Source: a virus. From it: DNA of 64,000 nt. The first letter of the stretch is position 1. The number at the start of each line of letters is the position of its first letter. Location of the stretch: positions 1 to 64,000 of IMG/VR virus record IMGVR_UViG_3300025030_000005. One strand, 5' to 3'. Below, one piece after another: positions 60,596 to 64,000 of this stretch. A program made the translations under genes and the position numbers. The notes beneath the pieces are model-generated. The model saw only the letters and a program-made list of their open reading frames with translations, made no database searches and was not told the DNA's origin.

Positions 60596-60848
60596 CTCTA
60601 GCTGTCCTCAGCAAAGTATACAACTCATTAAGTTTTGTGTATAGTTCTACATGCAGCTGGTTATTAACATCAAAGGGAGCTGAAAGGTTAGCTACTAGTT
60701 CGGTGTACTGTTTATCTCCTAGGTTAACTACTTCTTCCTCTACAAAAAGGATAGAAGGATTTTTGCCAATCGGATTGTCAATCTGAACTCTACAAGCCCT
60801 CTGCCATTTTTCTCCAGCTACGTCTGTTTGTTTGTAATTAGTTTCCAT
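60576..60848 (-). CDS. hypothetical protein (between tail fibre and lysin)
   Basis: 90 aa, no TM segment. Confidence 0.5.
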   Translation of the reverse strand: METNYKQTDVAGEKWQRACRVQIDNPIGKNPSILFVEEEVVNLGDKQYTELVANLSAPFDVNNQLHVELYTKLNELYTLLRTARDEAANE

Positions 60849-60862
60849 TTATTGTCTCCTTA

Positions 60863-62104
60863 TTATGAAAGCGTGAGATTTACTGATCTGGTTACTCCGT
60901 CATTTCCTACCATGCTCAAACGTACTGAAGTATTTGACACAGCTGTAACCCAAAAATCCCAAGCGGTAGTTGATGTCCATCCGTTTATTACGTTTTTCTT
61001 TACATTGTCGGTAAAAGTGGCTTTACCAGACACCTGCAATTTAGCACCAGAACCGTTATCAGTAGTAACTCCTACAAGCACACTTCCATCGGCTGTTACC
61101 TGCATCCTAGGAGCGCCGTTGCTATAAATTTGTAATGGGTGATTGGTAAGTGTGCCAAGTATACCGATGCCGGTGGTAGAAGCGGCAGCGACGCTAACTC
61201 CATTATAACTTGCTGTGAGGTTCTGACAAGATATTCCACCATTGACCTGCAACTTATTTATTGTATCATCGGTTGCTGTACCGACCAGCGTATTCCCGGC
61301 GTTGGACACTCTAAAGCTCTCAACTCCGCCTGCCTTTATTGCAATCCCACCTCCAGAAGTCTGATCATTCTTTATCTGCACATAGTTTCCGCCAGTCCCA
61401 TCATACAGTCGGATTTCTCCGTTCTTATGCATATAAGCAGAACCATTTGTAGTGTTAAGCACCCCAAAGGAAGCAGCCCCAGCCACCTGCAACTTTGCAC
61501 CAGACCCATTATCTGCGCTGGTGCCAACCAGCGTAACCCCACCCAACGGGTTCACCGCCAAGGTCTTATACCCATTTCCCCCCTGACGCGACTGAATGTA
61601 CCCAAAGTCACTGGTTGTATCGTACCCAGCAACAAGCTCTCGGGTGTCACTCGGAGCCTTGAGTGCCAGATGTACTGCGGAGGAGTCGGAGGTGGGGTGA
61701 GATGTTGCCGTAGAACTCAAAGTCCCCACACTAAAAGCTTGCCCGCTTCCAGGACCCGCTGTAGGACACTTCCCAGCCACTATTGTATCCAACTTCCTAA
61801 TAACTTCATGGGTTAGGTGGAAAGCAAACTCAGAGTCGCCGGTGCTGATCTCAGCTAACCCAAGTGATGGGGTGAAGTCAGTACTTATTTGGTAAGAACC
61901 TCCACTCACAGTAGCCCCAGCGTAGTTAGGGCTAATTTGTAGTTGAGTGTTAGAGTCTACTGCTATAATAGAATAAAGAGCAGGCACTCCGGCTACTTTA
62001 AATGAGGCCCCTATTGCTACATTGGATAACCAAGAAGTACCGACTCCAGCAATTATGTTGGTATTCTGTGTTACAGATACTGTTCCTGTTTGATATTGTG
62101 CCAT
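60863..62104 (-). CDS. tail fibre protein
   Basis: Gly/Ser/Thr/Asn-rich. Repeated GSGAKLQV[AS]G / INKLQVNGG motifs. Confidence 0.7.
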   Translation of the reverse strand: MAQYQTGTVSVTQNTNIIAGVGTSWLSNVAIGASFKVAGVPALYSIIAVDSNTQLQISPNYAGATVSGGSYQISTDFTPSLGLAEISTGDSEFAFHLTHEVIRKLDTIVAGKCPTAGPGSGQAFSVGTLSSTATSHPTSDSSAVHLALKAPSDTRELVAGYDTTSDFGYIQSRQGGNGYKTLAVNPLGGVTLVGTSADNGSGAKLQVAGAASFGVLNTTNGSAYMHKNGEIRLYDGTGGNYVQIKNDQTSGGGIAIKAGGVESFRVSNAGNTLVGTATDDTINKLQVNGGISCQNLTASYNGVSVAAASTTGIGILGTLTNHPLQIYSNGAPRMQVTADGSVLVGVTTDNGSGAKLQVSGKATFTDNVKKNVINGWTSTTAWDFWVTAVSNTSVRLSMVGNDGVTRSVNLTLS

Positions 62105-62116
62105 GTTAAAGCTCCT

Positions 62117-63796
62117 CTACTGAGATCCTACTTTGACCCACCCCGTAGGTGTATAAATATATAAGACTCCGTTAGAGTCGCAATGAAGTGCCCCCACTGA
62201 GGAAGCTGTGCTTGGGGTGCCAGCGCTTATTAGTGGATCTAACTTTACTGCACCCTTAATTCCAGATCCATATAGTCCATACCCGGACCCAGACAACCCT
62301 TCTATAGCTGATATATCAGGTCCATTGGTGGTAGCTCTTATGGCGGGGGCAGAGGAGTAAGGAGCCCCTGTTTTAGATCCAGAGTATATATCTAGCACTG
62401 GTATGGTGCAAGTCCTGTTTGAGTTTCTAATATATACTGCTCCCTTAGAAGAGCTTGATATATCTACAGATAAGGCCATAGAATTTTCATCTTGCGTTGT
62501 ATTTATGTATATCTCTGACCCAGATATTAGATCATCTGCGGTAATCGTTCCTCTAATACTAAGAGTTGACCCGTCCCACACAAACCCGCTAGTTAAAACT
62601 CCCCCACTTACAGTACCAACTCTCATTCTAGCATTACTAGTATCTTTACTAATCCAAAATCCAGTTCCATCTGCATTATAGCTAGCTAGTCCAGAAGTAA
62701 TACCCGCAGCACTACCTGAAACAGTAAGCAGAGAGTTTATAGTCAATGCCTGATTTAAGGTCAACGTGCCAGTATTTCCTAGAATGGTGCTTGTTTTATC
62801 TGCGTCAGTTGGAGGCTTAGTTCCTCCAATCAAATCATAAGTTGGAACTGTATACCCAAGCCCGGATAAAGTTACTGACCCGCCTCCGGCTCCTGATAGT
62901 GCTCCGCTTGAGCTGATTGAAATATTTGAGTTTACGATGCCTGAAGGTGCATTTGTGAGGTCAGTCTTAACAGCGCCTATAGAAGTAGCTGTGACATTGC
63001 TATTCAAAATAGTTGAAGGTGCATTTGTGAGGTCAGTAGCTACTGCCCCTATCCCAGAAGGCGTTGGGGCTGAAAATGTTAAGGTAGCTCCACCAATGCT
63101 TACTGACCCGCCTACAGATACGTTTTGGGATACTACTAAGGACCCGTCTATTATCAATGCCCCGTTAATACCCACCACTCCGGTAACACCATTTACCGTG
63201 CCCACCGTAAACACTTGTTTTTTGTCATCAGGTAATGAGGGGTTAACTACTTTGAACTTATCTGCGAGTATCATAAACTCACTGCTAGGAACGCCGTTAT
63301 ACGCAGTGTTAGCTAAACCGAACCCAGCAATGTGACCATTATTATTAAGCTTTAGTGTATATTGCCCTTCGGTCATAGATACCCTAGGGAACAATGTAAG
63401 GAGGCCTGTAGTTGGGTCGTCAATTAGGTCTATACGGCTATTAAGAGCAGAGTACAGATGATCTTCTGTTATCTGTCCATTTAGAGAGTCTAGAACTTCT
63501 GTTACTAGTCCTATAACTGTTACTGTATATACAGTAGAAAAATTAAGATCAGATAGGATTAGATTTTTAGGATCGCTGAAACTATCATAAGCTGCTACCT
63601 TTACTGCAAAATCACCAACCACGTTAGTGTAATAAGTAAAGGATGCCTCAGGACCTATGTTTATTACATTACTCCCAGACACTGCAAAATCAGACGTGCC
63701 CGGCTCCGCGCAAATTACATAGCCGGCCACGTCTGGTTCATACACTGGAGTCCAAGTTATAGAAAAACTTCCTATGCTTCCTGTAACGCTTATCAT
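62117..63796 (-). CDS. tail fibre / tail spike protein
   Basis: Gly/Ser/Thr-rich. Internal 24-aa repeat [GS]IGAV.TDLTNAPS.I.NSN. C-terminal SGSGYGLYGSG. Confidence 0.7.
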   Translation of the reverse strand: MISVTGSIGSFSITWTPVYEPDVAGYVICAEPGTSDFAVSGSNVINIGPEASFTYYTNVVGDFAVKVAAYDSFSDPKNLILSDLNFSTVYTVTVIGLVTEVLDSLNGQITEDHLYSALNSRIDLIDDPTTGLLTLFPRVSMTEGQYTLKLNNNGHIAGFGLANTAYNGVPSSEFMILADKFKVVNPSLPDDKKQVFTVGTVNGVTGVVGINGALIIDGSLVVSQNVSVGGSVSIGGATLTFSAPTPSGIGAVATDLTNAPSTILNSNVTATSIGAVKTDLTNAPSGIVNSNISISSSGALSGAGGGSVTLSGLGYTVPTYDLIGGTKPPTDADKTSTILGNTGTLTLNQALTINSLLTVSGSAAGITSGLASYNADGTGFWISKDTSNARMRVGTVSGGVLTSGFVWDGSTLSIRGTITADDLISGSEIYINTTQDENSMALSVDISSSSKGAVYIRNSNRTCTIPVLDIYSGSKTGAPYSSAPAIRATTNGPDISAIEGLSGSGYGLYGSGIKGAVKLDPLISAGTPSTASSVGALHCDSNGVLYIYTPTGWVKVGSQ

Positions 63797-63805
63797 ATAT
63801 TATCC

Positions 63806-64000
63806 TTAGATCACCGCGCTTGGCGCAGGATTTTTTACTGTTAGGCTCACAGGATTACTTGCCCTTCCTAGTCGATCTATGGCGTAAACTACTGCAGTAA
63901 ATTCTCTAGTTGGCAGAGAACTAGTATCAGAGTAATTCTGTTCGTAAGTGTATGTGTAAGCTTCGTCATATACTATTGAAGTCCTCAGTACTGTTCCCGC
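63806..64000 (-). CDS. tail-associated protein, C-terminal 64 aa (5' part outside window)
   Basis: The minus-strand frame is open from the window edge to TAA (63806-63808). The end reads ...AIDRLGRASNPVSLTVKNPAPSAVI. Confidence 0.5.
   Translation of the reverse strand, partial: AGTVLRTSIVYDEAYTYTYEQNYSDTSSLPTREFTAVVYAIDRLGRASNPVSLTVKNPAPSAVI

Noticed and set aside
61139-63335. Plus-strand ORFs 61139..61816 and 62937..63335 inside the tail-fibre genes.
   Set aside because: They are antisense to long minus-strand ORFs with typical fibre composition and repeats. They have no SD.

Overview
This 64-kb window looks like part of a large tailed dsDNA phage genome; no rRNA, tRNA, CRISPR array or integrase was seen. 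Nt 1-58.9k are almost entirely + strand early/middle genes. They cover tRNA/translation functions (CCA-adding enzyme fragment, RNA ligase, GltX, an RlmN/Cfr-like radical-SAM enzyme). They cover replication and recombination (SF2 helicase, DnaB-like helicase, DnaG-like primase, family-A DNA polymerase, FEN, SSB candidate, Mre11/Rad50-like pair, DNA ligase, RuvC-like resolvase). They also cover nucleotide metabolism (ThyX-like, dUTPase, NrdD/NrdG), several peptidases (M28-like, HslV-like, ClpP-like), three HD-domain proteins and at least six homing-endonuclease genes. Nt 58.9-64k are a convergent - strand late block: lipase, secreted protein, M15 endolysin, two tail fibres and a partial tail gene. 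Three things stand out. (1) A small-protein family I cannot assign to any named domain is expanded to 27 genes (28 domains, about 10 kb) in tandem, translationally coupled arrays. Members share N-terminal HIKIRxxL, a core V.V.ILEQ[ST]H..FG and C-terminal W..IK.AI.AYNEWG. (2) A conserved palindromic stem-loop, ACTTCCGA-N3-4-TCGGAAGT, occurs about 20 times, mostly between a stop codon and the next Shine-Dalgarno (SD). (3) There are six near-identical consensus sigma70-type promoters. One of them lies in an 85-bp promoter+hairpin cassette present as an inverted pair 22 kb apart, and one is an orphan facing the late operon. Other oddities are a strong GC mosaic (about 37% vs 63% in sampled lines), three genes whose conserved N-termini start before any ATG/GTG/TTG (candidate AUU, AUA and CUG starts behind good SDs), and a frameshifted GIY-YIG gene. 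All functional calls rest on motif recognition by eye; no database search was possible.
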